From NCBI GenBank assembly GCA_963792585.1, contig CAWBWI010000006.1, forward strand, positions 288,001 through 352,000: 64,000 nt of DNA, in the 5' to 3' direction. The notes beneath the pieces are model-generated. The model searched no databases and was not told the DNA's origin. It saw nothing but the letters and a program-made list of their open reading frames with translations. Made by a program: the position numbers and the translations under genes. Each line of letters starts with the position of its first letter. The first letter of the stretch is position 1. This document shows, one piece after another, positions 1-10,450 of this stretch. This DNA is from Candidatus Eiseniibacteriota bacterium. Its GTDB lineage: Bacteria > Eisenbacteria > RBG-16-71-46 > CAIMUX01 > VGJL01.

Positions 1-1066
1 GAAGCTCTTCGTTCTGCTCTTCTCGATGGACAACATCGCGAGCCGTCTCGGCCAGGTGGTCGTTCTCTCGCTGGGCGGGATCATGGTCATGGCCGATCGC
101 ATGTCCCTGGGGACGCTGTATGCGTTCTACGTCTACCTCGACATGCTGATCCACCCGATGACCGATCTGCCGAATCTCTTCGTCACGGCGCGGCAGGCGT
201 TCGTCTCGATCGACCGCGAGGAAGAGATACTGAGCACACCGGTCATCGTGCGGCGCGAAGGAACGGTGCGCGCCCGGGATGGAATCCGCGGCCTGACGCT
301 CGATCGGGTCGGTTTCCGTTATCGAGAGGAGTTGGCGCCGGCGCTCGAGGGAGTTTCGCTCGAGATCGCCGGAGGGGAGCGGATCGCGGTGGTCGGCCCG
401 GTCGCGAGCGGGAAATCGACGCTGCTGCGGCTCATGGCGGGCTTGCTCCCCGCACAGACCGGGCGCTACTCGGTCGACGGACGTCCGTTCGAGGAGTGGG
501 ACTGGTCCCATCTTCGCGCCCGGATCGGCTACGTCCCCCAGGAGTCGCTCCTCTTCTCCGAGACGATCGCGGAAAACGTCGCGTTCGGGCGGCCGGCGGA
601 AGCGGAGTGGGTCCGGCGCTGCCTCGAGATCGCGCAGATGGGCCCCGACCTCGGGGGGATGAAAGAGGGACTGGCGACCCAGCTGGGACAGCGCGGAACG
701 CTCGTTTCGGGCGGGCAGAAGCAGCGAATCGCCATCGCGAGAGCGCTCGCGGTTCGGCCCGATGTCCTCTTCCTCGACGACTGCACCGCCTCGCTCGATG
801 CTCAAAACGAGGACCGATTCTGGACCTCCCTCGGGGAGGAGTTCCCGAGGATCACGGTTCTCCTCGTTTCCCATCGGATCGCCACGATCCGGCGCGCCGA
901 CCGCGTCCTGGTGCTCGATCACGGTCGGACCGTCGATCTGGGGACCCATGCGGAACTGGCGGCTCGGTGCCAGGTTTACAAGGAGTTCCTGCAGACCGAG
1001 GAGCGGAAGACGAATCTGGGCGTCGAACGGTTCGAGACGGAAACCCGGCCGGCCGCGGGCGCGTAG
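1..1066 (+). CDS. ABC transporter permease/ATP-binding protein (MsbA/MdlA-like exporter), 5' truncated by window edge
   Basis: Frame is open from the window start. TM segments are followed by Walker A GPVASGKS, Q-loop YVPQE, signature VSGGQKQR, Walker B FLDD and H-loop SHR. Confidence 0.92.
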   Translation, partial: KLFVLLFSMDNIASRLGQVVVLSLGGIMVMADRMSLGTLYAFYVYLDMLIHPMTDLPNLFVTARQAFVSIDREEEILSTPVIVRREGTVRARDGIRGLTLDRVGFRYREELAPALEGVSLEIAGGERIAVVGPVASGKSTLLRLMAGLLPAQTGRYSVDGRPFEEWDWSHLRARIGYVPQESLLFSETIAENVAFGRPAEAEWVRRCLEIAQMGPDLGGMKEGLATQLGQRGTLVSGGQKQRIAIARALAVRPDVLFLDDCTASLDAQNEDRFWTSLGEEFPRITVLLVSHRIATIRRADRVLVLDHGRTVDLGTHAELAARCQVYKEFLQTEERKTNLGVERFETETRPAAGA

Positions 1067-1117
1067 GGAATCCGATTCGATCCGGGCCGAACCCACACTC
1101 ATCGTGGAGGTGAAACG

Positions 1118-1999
1118 ATGCTCAAGCCGAATCTCGCGCCCGCCCTGGCGTTTGCCATACTGCTCTCGGCTCTTCCCGCCCATGCCGATCCCCGAACCAC
1201 CGAACGGACATTCCCGGCCCTGACGGCCGGCGCCCTCTCCCTCGCCGCGAAGCACGGCGGCGAGATCCGGGTTTCCGGCTGGGACAAGCCCGAAATCCAC
1301 GTCCTTGTGACCGACAAGAAGGGCAATTACAAGGTCGACTTCGTCCCCGCGGGCGCGAACCTGGAGATCCGCGGCTCCTACGATGGTCCGAAGTTCAGGC
1401 AGATCTCCACGGAAGTCGTCTTCGAGATCCAGGTCCCCCGCACGTTCGACCTTCAGCTCTCCACCGATGGAGGAGGCATCTCGCTGCAGGCGATCGAAGG
1501 GTCGATCCAGGCTGAGACGATGGGCGGAAACTTGAAGCTCGTTGACCTCGCGGGGAGGATGGACATCCGAACGATGGGCGGCAACATCGAGACCGCGCAG
1601 TGCTCCGCGGTCGGCCCTCTGCGCACCTCCGGCGGCAACGTCGCGATCGCGAACGCCCGCGGCGGAGTCGACGTCGAGACGATGGGCGGCAACATCCGGA
1701 TCGGCACGGTCGACGGTCCGGTGAAGGCGCACACGAGCGGCGGGACGATCGAGATCCTCCTGGGGCCGGAGGCCGGGGATTGCTCGGCCACGACGAACGG
1801 CGGGGACGTCACCCTGAAGGTTCCGGAAGGTTACTCCGCGCACTTCCGCGCCCACGCGAACGGCATGCCCCGGGGCAGCGGGATCGAGTGCACGGTGCCC
1901 GGTCTCGACATGAGCGCCGGCGGAAAGCTGGGAGACGGCGCGCACCACGTCGACCTTCGCACGGACGGAGGGACGATCAGGATCGTCCCGGCGTCCTGA
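1118..1999 (+). CDS. Secreted DUF4097-family beta-strand repeat (adhesin-like) protein
   Basis: Signal peptide ending AHA; repeated T(M/S/N/D)GG(N/D/T)(I/V) units; GGAGG RBS upstream. Confidence 0.8.
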   Translation: MLKPNLAPALAFAILLSALPAHADPRTTERTFPALTAGALSLAAKHGGEIRVSGWDKPEIHVLVTDKKGNYKVDFVPAGANLEIRGSYDGPKFRQISTEVVFEIQVPRTFDLQLSTDGGGISLQAIEGSIQAETMGGNLKLVDLAGRMDIRTMGGNIETAQCSAVGPLRTSGGNVAIANARGGVDVETMGGNIRIGTVDGPVKAHTSGGTIEILLGPEAGDCSATTNGGDVTLKVPEGYSAHFRAHANGMPRGSGIECTVPGLDMSAGGKLGDGAHHVDLRTDGGTIRIVPAS

Positions 2000-2089
2000 G
2001 GAACGCGGACCACGCGGGAGGGCGATTGACGAAGCCGCCGCGGATACGGCATTCTTTTCCGTTCAACCCAACCCCAATCGGAGGACCCC

Positions 2090-2446
2090 ATGGCGAATGC
2101 GATCTGTCACTTCGAGTTCATGAGCAATGATCCGGCGCGCAGCCGGAAGTTCTATGGCAGCATCTTCGACTGGACATTCGACGACCAGGGAATGCCCGGG
2201 TACACGATGGTCAAGACGGGCGCGGATCCGGGCGGCGGGATCTTCGAGAAGCCGAAGGAGGCGCCCGCCCCCGCCCTGAATGTCTACGTCCTCGTGGAGA
2301 ACATCGAGGAGACGCTGGGCAAGGCGAAGGCCGCCGGTGGCCACGTTATCAAGGACAGGACGCCGATCCCCGAGACGGGGGCCTGGGCGATGTTCAGCGA
2401 TCCCGACGGTATCTGTGTCGGGATCTTCGAGGCGCTGAAGAAGTAA
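2090..2446 (+). CDS. VOC/glyoxalase family protein
   Basis: HFE...FYGSIFDW, GG+I, and FSDPDG..GIF motifs; GGAGG RBS. Confidence 0.9.
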   Translation: MANAICHFEFMSNDPARSRKFYGSIFDWTFDDQGMPGYTMVKTGADPGGGIFEKPKEAPAPALNVYVLVENIEETLGKAKAAGGHVIKDRTPIPETGAWAMFSDPDGICVGIFEALKK

Positions 2447-2465
2447 CCGCTCCGGTTCGGACTCG

Positions 2466-2510
2466 CGGACGGGCCGCGATCGGCTTCGTCAGCCGATCGC
2501 AGCCCGTCCG
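2466..2510. terminator. Long hairpin between convergent genes, probable bidirectional terminator
   Basis: cggacgggc-c-gcgatcggct / agccgatcgc-a-gcccgtccg, 19 of 20 bp paired with a 5-nt loop; no U-tract. Confidence 0.55.
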
Positions 2511-2569
2511 ATCCCACCGGGACCGAGCCACGGCCCTGGGGAAGTCCGTACAGGATCTCGGTCCCCTCA

Positions 2570-5500
2570 TCAGAATCCGGTCTCTGCGGCCTTGCGACGG
2601 AGTTGGAGCACCCGCGCGTCAGGATCGACAAGGACCTTCTCCGGCTCGAAGTCGCAGCGGATCGATACTTCCACCGAGTCCCCCGCGCCCAGGGTTACCG
2701 CGGAACGGGCGTCGCGGTACTCCGGCGCCGGCGTTCCGTCCTTCTGAAAGCGCTCCCCCTTCACCGCCGCGATCTCGACCGGCATCACTCCCGCGCCGAT
2801 GTTCGCGACCTTCGCCGTCACCATCCAGCCGCCGGCGGGATCCGCGACCTTCCGCGCCCCGCTGAACCGATACTCGGGTACGACCACATCGAAGAACCAC
2901 TGCTTGACGAAGTCGTCGTAGGAAACGCTGTCGGGCGCGAACGGGCGCATCGTCGCGACGAAGTCCTGCAAGACAGGGTAGTCCGGACCGTCCTTGTAGC
3001 GGCGGATGAACTCCTGCAGTCCCGCAAGGTCCTTCTCGCGGCCCATTCGATTCAGGAGCATCCAGAAGACCCACCCCCCCTTGTCGTACATGACGGTATT
3101 GTCCCCGTCGCGGGAACCATCGATTTTGACGAGCGGTCGCTCGGAGTCGACCTGCCGGTTGTCCCCGTATCGCTCTTCGATTCGCTTGCAGAATTCGATG
3201 CGCGCGCGCTCTCCCTTCACCTGATCCATGAGGAGGATCGTCGAGAAGTGGGACATGCCCTCGGAGAGAATGTTGCCACCCGGCCCTTCCCCGGGGGTGA
3301 GGATGTTGCCCCACCACTGGTGCGCCGATTCGTGCGCGGCGACCAGGAAGGCCACATTGGTCTTCGGGTCGCTCTTGGTCAGAAAGCCGATCCCCTCTGA
3401 GAAAGTGATGTTCGTCGGGAATCCCTGCGCGTAGGAAGCCAGCGCGGGGAACTCACTCAGTTTCAGCTCGTTCCAGGGGAAGGGCATGAACCACTCCCCG
3501 TAATACTTCCGCGCGGCCTCGAGCGCCTCGGTCATCTCGGCCACGTTGTAGGTGTGGGCCGGATGGTAGTAGACGGCGACCCCTTCCCCTTTCCGCTCCG
3601 CCCAGTGCCCGGCGACGACGTTGAAGAAACGAACCGGCTCGTCGCTCTCCCAGACGACGGTCCGTCGTCCGCCCGTGACCGTGTCCGAGGTCTTGGTCCC
3701 GACGGAGTTCATCGTGTACGCCTCGGGCGCGGTAATCCGCACCCGCGTGCGAAACGCCTTCCCCGTGCCGAGCGCCGGCTTCGTCAGCCCGAGATAGAAG
3801 TCCTCGGGATAGACGCGGGGCTCGTAGCGGTTCTTCTCGTCGACCCCGACCTCCTCGATGTAGCCGAGAACCGGTAGGAAGCTCGGACGGAAGCTCGTGA
3901 GCACCACCCCCGAGGGAAGGACGAACTCAGGCGCGCCCCCGCCGTTCTTGGTGATCCCGTCGGGATAGCGGCCGTGGTAGGAGAAGCCGATCCGCATGGT
4001 GTCGCCGCGCGCGAGGGGCCGCGCAGGGGTAAAGACGTAGAGGTGGGTCCGGTCCTCGGGCTTGGTCTCGGCGCCGTTGGCCGTCCAGGCGACGTCCTTC
4101 CAATGCGTCGCCCCCGTCATGGGGAACCGGGCGAGCGGAGCATCCGCCGTGTTGATCAGGGTGTACGCGCCCTGCATCTTGAACGAGCGGCGCCCCGGGT
4201 CCAGATCGAGCGAGATATCCGCCCGCTCGATCGCCGGCAGGGGGGCGTCTTTCCACGTCGCGAGGTTCTGCTTCCAGTAGTCCTTGTGCTTCTTCTCCTC
4301 GGCCTTGCCCTCGAACCCCTGCAGTACTTGCAGATGGAGCAGGACATCAGAGGACGAGCGGGACGATCGCGAACGGGACCATCCGCAGACTCCCGCGGGC
4401 GATCGACGCGCCGTTCATCCGGTGGACCGTCCGCGTCGCATCGCGATCGTGCCGAGGGAACAGGCGAACGGTCAGGGCGATGAAGAGAACGGTAAGACCG
4501 AGGGCGCCCGCGCGATTCAGCCAGAGCGCCGTGCGGTCGATCTCGAAAACCCCCATGTCGCTCCACTGGAGAACGTTCCAGAGATCCCAGTTGCCGACCC
4601 AGCTCATCTTCCCCGTCATCTGGAGGTATCCGGTGAGCGCGAGCGCGGCGAGGCCGAGACCGTAGGTCGTGTAGCGGTTGTTCGCGGCCGCGAAGAGGAA
4701 CATCACGAACGAAGTCCAGAGGAGAAACGTCGGGATCAGGAGGAGTCCCCACGGGATCGCGAACGGCGCGATCTCCACCGGGGTCCGGTGCTGGATCAGG
4801 AGGGCGATCGCGCATCCCAGGAACGTCGCCGCCACGATGGCGACGCCGACCAGGCTGTTCGCGAGGGCCTTGCCGAAGAGGATCGAGGCGGTCCGCGTGG
4901 GGGTCGCGTAGTAGATCGAGGCGACCTTCGTGTTCCGCTCGCGGCGCAGCGACTCGACGGTGTAGAAGAGGGTCAGGAGACAGATGAGGAGCGTGAGCGT
5001 GTTGAAGCAGCGAACGGCGACCGTCCCCGATGTGATCAGGACAGGGGTGTCGAATGCGCCGATGGCGACCAGCGCCGTACCAAAGGTCTGGAGCAGGATG
5101 ATCGGGATGAAGAGATAGAGGCCGGGTTGGTTGAGGAGCTCGCGCATTTCGAAGCCCACGACGTTGCCGATCCCCGCAAGCAGTCCCGGCGCGCGGGCCG
5201 TCATTCGCAGATCTCCCATGGGGACGACCGCCGGCGCGGCGGCCCGGACCTGCGCGACCGTTCGCTTCGCCGCCCGCTCGCGCGCGGGCCGCGCGCCGCG
5301 CAGCGTCCTCCCGAACGAGCGCACCCCGAGGGCCACCGAACCGAGGCCGATCGTCGCGAATATCAGTCGGCTCAGGAGAAACGGCGCGTCGTAGCCGACG
5401 TGCGCATGGTTGTAGAAGTCGACTCCGCGGTCGACCTTCAGCCACGTCTCCGACATCCACCGTACGCCGGCGGGATCGAGCAGCATCAACAGGCGGTTCA

Positions 5501-6149
5501 CGCGTGGATCCAACCAGGACGGCGTCCAGCTCCAGAGGAAGAACCCGCTGAAGAGGATGGCCGCGACCGGCAGCACGAAGACGAGGATCGGCCGTCTGGT
5601 CCGCTCGCCGATCGCGAAGGTCGTCCCGGCGATGAAGAGCATCGACGGCAATCCGAGCAGGATCGCCGGACGCAAGTAGTTGATCGGCGAGAAGGGGCCC
5701 CGGATCTCGATCGCCTTCGGATTGGGCGCGATATGGTTGAAGAAGATCGAGAAGAGCAGGTGGAGACCCAAGACGCCGAGGAACGCGGTCAGGATCGCGA
5801 GGAACTTGCCCCATAGGTATTCGGACGGCCTGAGCGGCGTTGCGTGGAGGATCTCGCCGACTCGCTGTTCCTCGTCCTGCATGACCGCCATCCCCGCGGC
5901 GACCGCGATGAAGAACGAGTAGAAGAGGAAGACCACCATCGGGATCATCTTGGCGTTCGCGAACTCCGAGGTGATCCAGGCCTTGGTGCCGCCGACCGCG
6001 CTGTTGCCCGAGGAGATCCGCATGTTGCCCGAAGAGAGGCCCCATGCCGTCAGCGCGAGCACGAGGACGAGAATCCAGATCAGCAGGCGGCCGCTGTTCG
6101 ATCGGAGGTCCTGTCGATAGACCAGACGGAGACGCGTCGCGTCCATCAA
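2570..6149 (-). CDS. ABC-2 type permease fused to M1-family zinc aminopeptidase; one gene split by an indel near 4349
   Basis: ORF 4347-6149 has two ABC-2 permease repeats (TP...YLWGKF, TP...ILFGKA). Another frame continues seamlessly as VLLHLQVLQGFEGKAEEKKHKDYWKQN into ORF 2570-4177, which carries AHESAHQWWG...LSEG (HExxH + E). Confidence 0.85.
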
Positions 6150-7042
6150 AGGGCTCCGGCCGGAACGGCCACACCGTTGCCGCGCATCATCACGAGGTAG
6201 GCATCTTCGAGGGTCGGTGAGACGCGTGTGAAACCGGCCGGCGCGCGTCCTCCGGGCTCGTAGATCCGCACCCGGTTCTTCCCCTCGACGAGGATCGCCT
6301 GGGTCACCCGCCGTTCGGCGCGCAGGAGGTCGAGATCGGCGCCGGTGACCTCCCCCTCGAAGATCATCCCCTCGATCGCCGCGCGCGCGCCGCCGGGCGT
6401 CGTCTGCGCGATCAGTCGTCCTTCGCGGATCACCGCGAATCGCGAGCAGAGCACCGCGACGTCCTCGACGATGTGGGTCGAGAGAAGAACGATCCTCTCC
6501 GTTGCGAGTTCCGCAAGGATGCGGTAGAGGCGCAAACGCTCCTCCGGATCGAGGCCGGCGGTCGGTTCGTCGACGATGATGACCCGGGGATTTCCCGCGA
6601 TCGCCTGCGCGACGCCCAAGCGCTGCCGCATTCCCCCCGAATACGACTTCACCTTGCGGCGGGCGGCGGAGGCGAGGTTCACCTGCTCGAGGAGCGACTG
6701 TGCGAGCTTCTTCGTCCCCACCGGAGAGGTGATCCCTTTCATCTCGAGCAAGTAGATCAGCATCTGCTCGCCGGTCAGGTGGGGATAGAAACCGAATTCC
6801 TGCGGCAGATAGCCGAGACGCGCCCAGATCCGGTCGGGGGAGGAAAGGAGGTCCTCACCGTCGAGGGTGATCGATCCCGAGGTCGCCTCGAGCAGGCCGG
6901 CGACGATTCGCATCAGCGTCGTCTTCCCCGCCCCGTTGGGACCGAGCAGACCGAGCATTCCGTTGGGAATGTCCAGGTCGATTCCCTGCAGTGCCGCCAC
7001 GGGACCGGGATAGACCTTCACGAGATCGCGGATCTGGAGCAT
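6146..7042 (-). CDS. ABC transporter ATP-binding protein
   Basis: GPNGAGKT, YSGGMRQR and DEPTAGLD motifs; 4-bp overlap with the downstream permease. Confidence 0.95.
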   Translation of the reverse strand: MLQIRDLVKVYPGPVAALQGIDLDIPNGMLGLLGPNGAGKTTLMRIVAGLLEATSGSITLDGEDLLSSPDRIWARLGYLPQEFGFYPHLTGEQMLIYLLEMKGITSPVGTKKLAQSLLEQVNLASAARRKVKSYSGGMRQRLGVAQAIAGNPRVIIVDEPTAGLDPEERLRLYRILAELATERIVLLSTHIVEDVAVLCSRFAVIREGRLIAQTTPGGARAAIEGMIFEGEVTGADLDLLRAERRVTQAILVEGKNRVRIYEPGGRAPAGFTRVSPTLEDAYLVMMRGNGVAVPAGAL

Positions 7043-7193
7043 TCGAACCTCCTCGGGCCGCTGCCGCGACCGTCTGCAATCCTACGTATCGGCGGGGCGA
7101 ACTGTTTCGGGCTTTCCGGGGAGACGCGCGTTGACGGCCGGCCCGGCGATCTTCGCTTCGTCCCCAACGGCCGGGGCGCGCCGGGTCATCGGG

Positions 7194-7493
7194 TTATCGG
7201 CCGCGCACGATCGGTCCGACGAGCGCCGGGATCTCGTAGCGCCGGATTTCGGGTTCGCCGAGAGCGGTCCGCGATCCGGCGAACAGGTCGGATGCAAGGA
7301 AGCACTCCGCGTCTCCCGCGGTTTCCCAGATGTAGAAACCCCCGAATCGACGCGTCGCCTCATCCATGAGGAAGGCCTTGGCTACGAGACCGGGCAGATC
7401 CGCGTAGAGGCCCTTTCGCTCCTCGACGCGGTGGCGGAGCGTCGCCGCGTCGAAGCGATCCCCGAGCGACCAAACGTACTCGAGCGCATGCAT
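7194..7493 (-). CDS. YdhR-like putative monooxygenase (dimeric alpha-beta barrel)
   Basis: PGL..K.FL.DE..RRFGGFYIWET pattern; 99 aa; AGGA RBS. Confidence 0.7.
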   Translation of the reverse strand: MHALEYVWSLGDRFDAATLRHRVEERKGLYADLPGLVAKAFLMDEATRRFGGFYIWETAGDAECFLASDLFAGSRTALGEPEIRRYEIPALVGPIVRGR

Positions 7494-7551
7494 GGCTTGG
7501 TCCTTTCCGGCCGGGTCGGCGCGCCTACGATAGCGCAGCCGCCTCCGGCGA

Positions 7552-8763
7552 TCATCCCCCCGCCGCTTCCGCGAAAGGCCGCCCGGAACGTAGCGCCTTC
7601 AGGTACCGCGCAATCCATGGCAGGAGGGCGTATGCCGGCAGCGCCAGGAGGAAGGTGACCCCGAAATAGGACGCATAGCCCAGGCGTTCGGCCCCCCACC
7701 CGCTGAAGCCTCCCGCAACCGATCGCGTCAAACCGAAGAGGGCGGAGAGAAGCGCATATTCCGTCGCCGCCCGCTCCCGCTCGCAGATCGTCATCAGGAA
7801 GGCGAGGAACGCGGCGGTTCCAAGTCCTCCGGTGAAGGACTCGAAGATGGACGCGAAGTAGATTGCGCTTCGCGCGGCGCCCGATGCGGCAACGCCCGCA
7901 TAGACCAGATTCGATCCGGCCTGGAGGATCCCGAGGATCCAGAGGCTGCGGAAGATCCCGAGACGCGCGATCACCCAACCACCGGCCAACGCCCCCACGA
8001 TCGTCGCGGCCACACCGAGGGTGGTGGAGATGAGCCCGATCTCGACCAGGGTCATCCCGCGATCCACCCAGAAGGGTTTGACCATGGGGCCCATCGCCGC
8101 GTCCCCGAGCTTGTAGGTGAGGACGAAGAGGAAGACCGCGGCCGCGGCCGGTCTGCGGAACCATGAAACGAGCATCGGGAGAAGCCGGCGGCGCATCTCC
8201 GGGTCGCGCGGGACGCGCGGCGTGCGCCACGTGATCGCGGCCATCATCAGAAAGACGACGCCTGCGGCCATGAACAGCGTCTCCCAAGAAATTCGACCGG
8301 CCAGCGCCACGATCCCGCCGCCGGCGAGTATCAAGGCCACGCGGTAGGCGCTCACCCGCAGACCATTCGCCGGCCCGACTTCGCGCGGCTCGAGCAGGCC
8401 GATCGTGTAGGCGTCGATCGCAATGTCCTGCGTAGCCGAGGCAAACGTGAAACCGAGCAGCAGAGCCCAGACCAGCGTCGTCGGATGTGCGGCATCGATC
8501 CCCGGAAGCGCGAAGAGAACCGCTGCCATCGCGACGAGGGAGCCGGCGATCCAGGTCCGGCGCTCACCGAAACGATCCACGAGTGGCGACCAGACGAACT
8601 TGAGACTCCACGGAAGCCCGATCAGCGAGAAGAGGCCGATCTCGCGAAGGCCCACCCCGTGCACGCGAAAGAAGACGGGGAGACACTCGGCGACGATTCC
8701 GAATGGGAATCCCTGCGCGAAGTAGAGCAGGACAACCCAAAGGAGCTTGGTCCGGGTGCGCAT
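7552..8763 (-). CDS. ampG: AmpG-family muropeptide MFS transporter
   Basis: LYFAQGFPFG, LPWSLKFVWSPLVDR, SATQDIAIDAY and YALLSAL motifs; 12-TM pattern. Confidence 0.85.
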   Translation of the reverse strand: MRTRTKLLWVVLLYFAQGFPFGIVAECLPVFFRVHGVGLREIGLFSLIGLPWSLKFVWSPLVDRFGERRTWIAGSLVAMAAVLFALPGIDAAHPTTLVWALLLGFTFASATQDIAIDAYTIGLLEPREVGPANGLRVSAYRVALILAGGGIVALAGRISWETLFMAAGVVFLMMAAITWRTPRVPRDPEMRRRLLPMLVSWFRRPAAAAVFLFVLTYKLGDAAMGPMVKPFWVDRGMTLVEIGLISTTLGVAATIVGALAGGWVIARLGIFRSLWILGILQAGSNLVYAGVAASGAARSAIYFASIFESFTGGLGTAAFLAFLMTICERERAATEYALLSALFGLTRSVAGGFSGWGAERLGYASYFGVTFLLALPAYALLPWIARYLKALRSGRPFAEAAGG

Positions 8764-8801
8764 CGCGTTCCGTCGCGTCCGGCGATCAGGCGATCAAGCG
8801 G

Positions 8802-9743
8802 TCAGGCAGAGACCATGGTTGCGAACTTCTGCGAGATCGCCAGCAAATCGTCCCTGCGGGCCAGCTGGTCGACCCACTCCGCCGGAATCCCGTCGATGCC
8901 GTAGCAGACGCCGGCCATCCCACCGGCAACCGCCGCCACCGTATCGGTGTCCTCCCCGAGATTCACGGCGCGCAGAACACAATCTCGGTAGTTGCGCGTC
9001 GTGACGAGCGACCAGACCGCCGCCTCGAGCGTGGAAACCACGTGTCCGCTGCCGTGGATCCGGTCCGGAGTCGCCTCGCCGAGCGTTCCGCGAAGCAGGT
9101 TTCGGAGTATCCGCTGCTCGTCCCGCCAGGGACCCTGCTTGTAGTAGCTGCGAGACGTCTCCATCGCGTACCTGTAGGCGGCGCTCGGGGCGCGGTGAAA
9201 GAGCAGGTTGCGGTTGATCAACCCGTAGAGCCCACACGCGTACAGCGACCGGGGGTGGGCATGGGTGATGCGGGAAGCCTCGTGGACCCGTTCGAGCATG
9301 AGGGGAATCGACCAGCGGCAGTACGCCAGGATCATCGGCAGGATGCGCATCAGAGAGCCGTTGTCGTTGTCGCACTCATGGGGGGAACCGCTCTCGTGCG
9401 CGGAGACCCCATCGACCAATCGCATGATCGCCGCGCGGGTCGTGCTTCCGACCTGGAAGACCTCCTTGCGCGCGGTCCAGCGCCCGTCCTGGAGCCACTC
9501 CACGAAGGCGCGCCCGAGACGCTCGGCCGAGTACTCGTCCAGCAGCGTCTCGACCGTGCTCAAGGTGAGCGAGGTGTTATCGGACCATGTGCCGGCGGGC
9601 TGCGCGTGCCGGCCGCCGCTTCGCATCCCGGTCACCGGATCCGCGTCACGCACTTCGCGCGGCTCGAATTCGACAGGCACCCCAAGGGCGTCGCCGACAG
9701 CCACGCCGATCAGTCCACCTACGACACGCCGCGGCTCAATCAT
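8802..9743 (-). CDS. ADP-ribosylglycohydrolase (DraG/ARH family)
   Basis: AVGDALGVPVEF, WSDNT, NGSLMR, SRITH and VNLGEDTDT motifs. Confidence 0.92.
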   Translation of the reverse strand: MIEPRRVVGGLIGVAVGDALGVPVEFEPREVRDADPVTGMRSGGRHAQPAGTWSDNTSLTLSTVETLLDEYSAERLGRAFVEWLQDGRWTARKEVFQVGSTTRAAIMRLVDGVSAHESGSPHECDNDNGSLMRILPMILAYCRWSIPLMLERVHEASRITHAHPRSLYACGLYGLINRNLLFHRAPSAAYRYAMETSRSYYKQGPWRDEQRILRNLLRGTLGEATPDRIHGSGHVVSTLEAAVWSLVTTRNYRDCVLRAVNLGEDTDTVAAVAGGMAGVCYGIDGIPAEWVDQLARRDDLLAISQKFATMVSA

Positions 9744-10053
9744 CGTGTCCTCACATAAGCTCGGCGCCCACGGTCACGGCCGGCGATACCCCACCGTATC
9801 GATGCTCTGCGCGTTTCTCCGCGGGCGCACGACAGGCGCCCGCTGAAACGACTCGGAACGATCATGCCAGAAGGCCGGCGGGCTTGCCAGAAATTCGTTG
9901 CCGCCCGGCGTCGGGCCGAAGATCGAGCCGGTCGGGAACAACCCGAGGCTCGCCACGACGGCCCTGTCCCGGGACGTGCCCCTCGCCCGACGATAACGGC
10001 ATGCGAGACGCTCGCGGATGCCGCGGGCGGTACTCCTCCGGAACGACCCTGGA

Positions 10054-10347
10054 CTACTTGAACCGGTAGATGATGCGGCCGCGGCTTACGTCGTAGGGTG
10101 AGAGCTCGACCTGCACTTTGTCGCCGACGAGGATGCGGATGAAGTGTTTGCGCATCTTGCCCGAGATGTGGGCCAGGACAATATGGCCGCCGGCAACCTC
10201 GACCCTGAACTGTGTGTTCGGGAGGGTCTCGAGAACGATGCCCTCCATGACGATCGCGTTCTCTTTTGTCAGCGGGCCCGGATCGGGGTCCGGAGTGGCA
10301 GGTCTTCCACCGCCCTTCTTGGGATAGAAGGGCCTTTTTTTCTTCAC
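10054..10347 (-). CDS. infA: Translation initiation factor IF-1 with N-terminal extension
   Basis: [22 protein letters not shown]...[36 protein letters not shown]. Confidence 0.97.
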   Translation of the reverse strand: MKKKRPFYPKKGGGRPATPDPDPGPLTKENAIVMEGIVLETLPNTQFRVEVAGGHIVLAHISGKMRKHFIRILVGDKVQVELSPYDVSRGRIIYRFK

Positions 10348-10450
10348 ACTTCCCCCTTGCGAGACCCGGCCGGTCCACCCGGCCGCGAGCAGATAGGATG
10401 ATCCGCCAGAAGCCCTCGAACGGTCAAGCGGAAAGAGGCCTAATCCCTTG

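Noticed and set aside
9745..10053. 300-bp intergenic gap with a TGGCA-containing sigma54-like word and short ORFs
   Set aside because: The -12 GC is absent (TTCC), and there is no convincing ORF or distinctive RNA structure.
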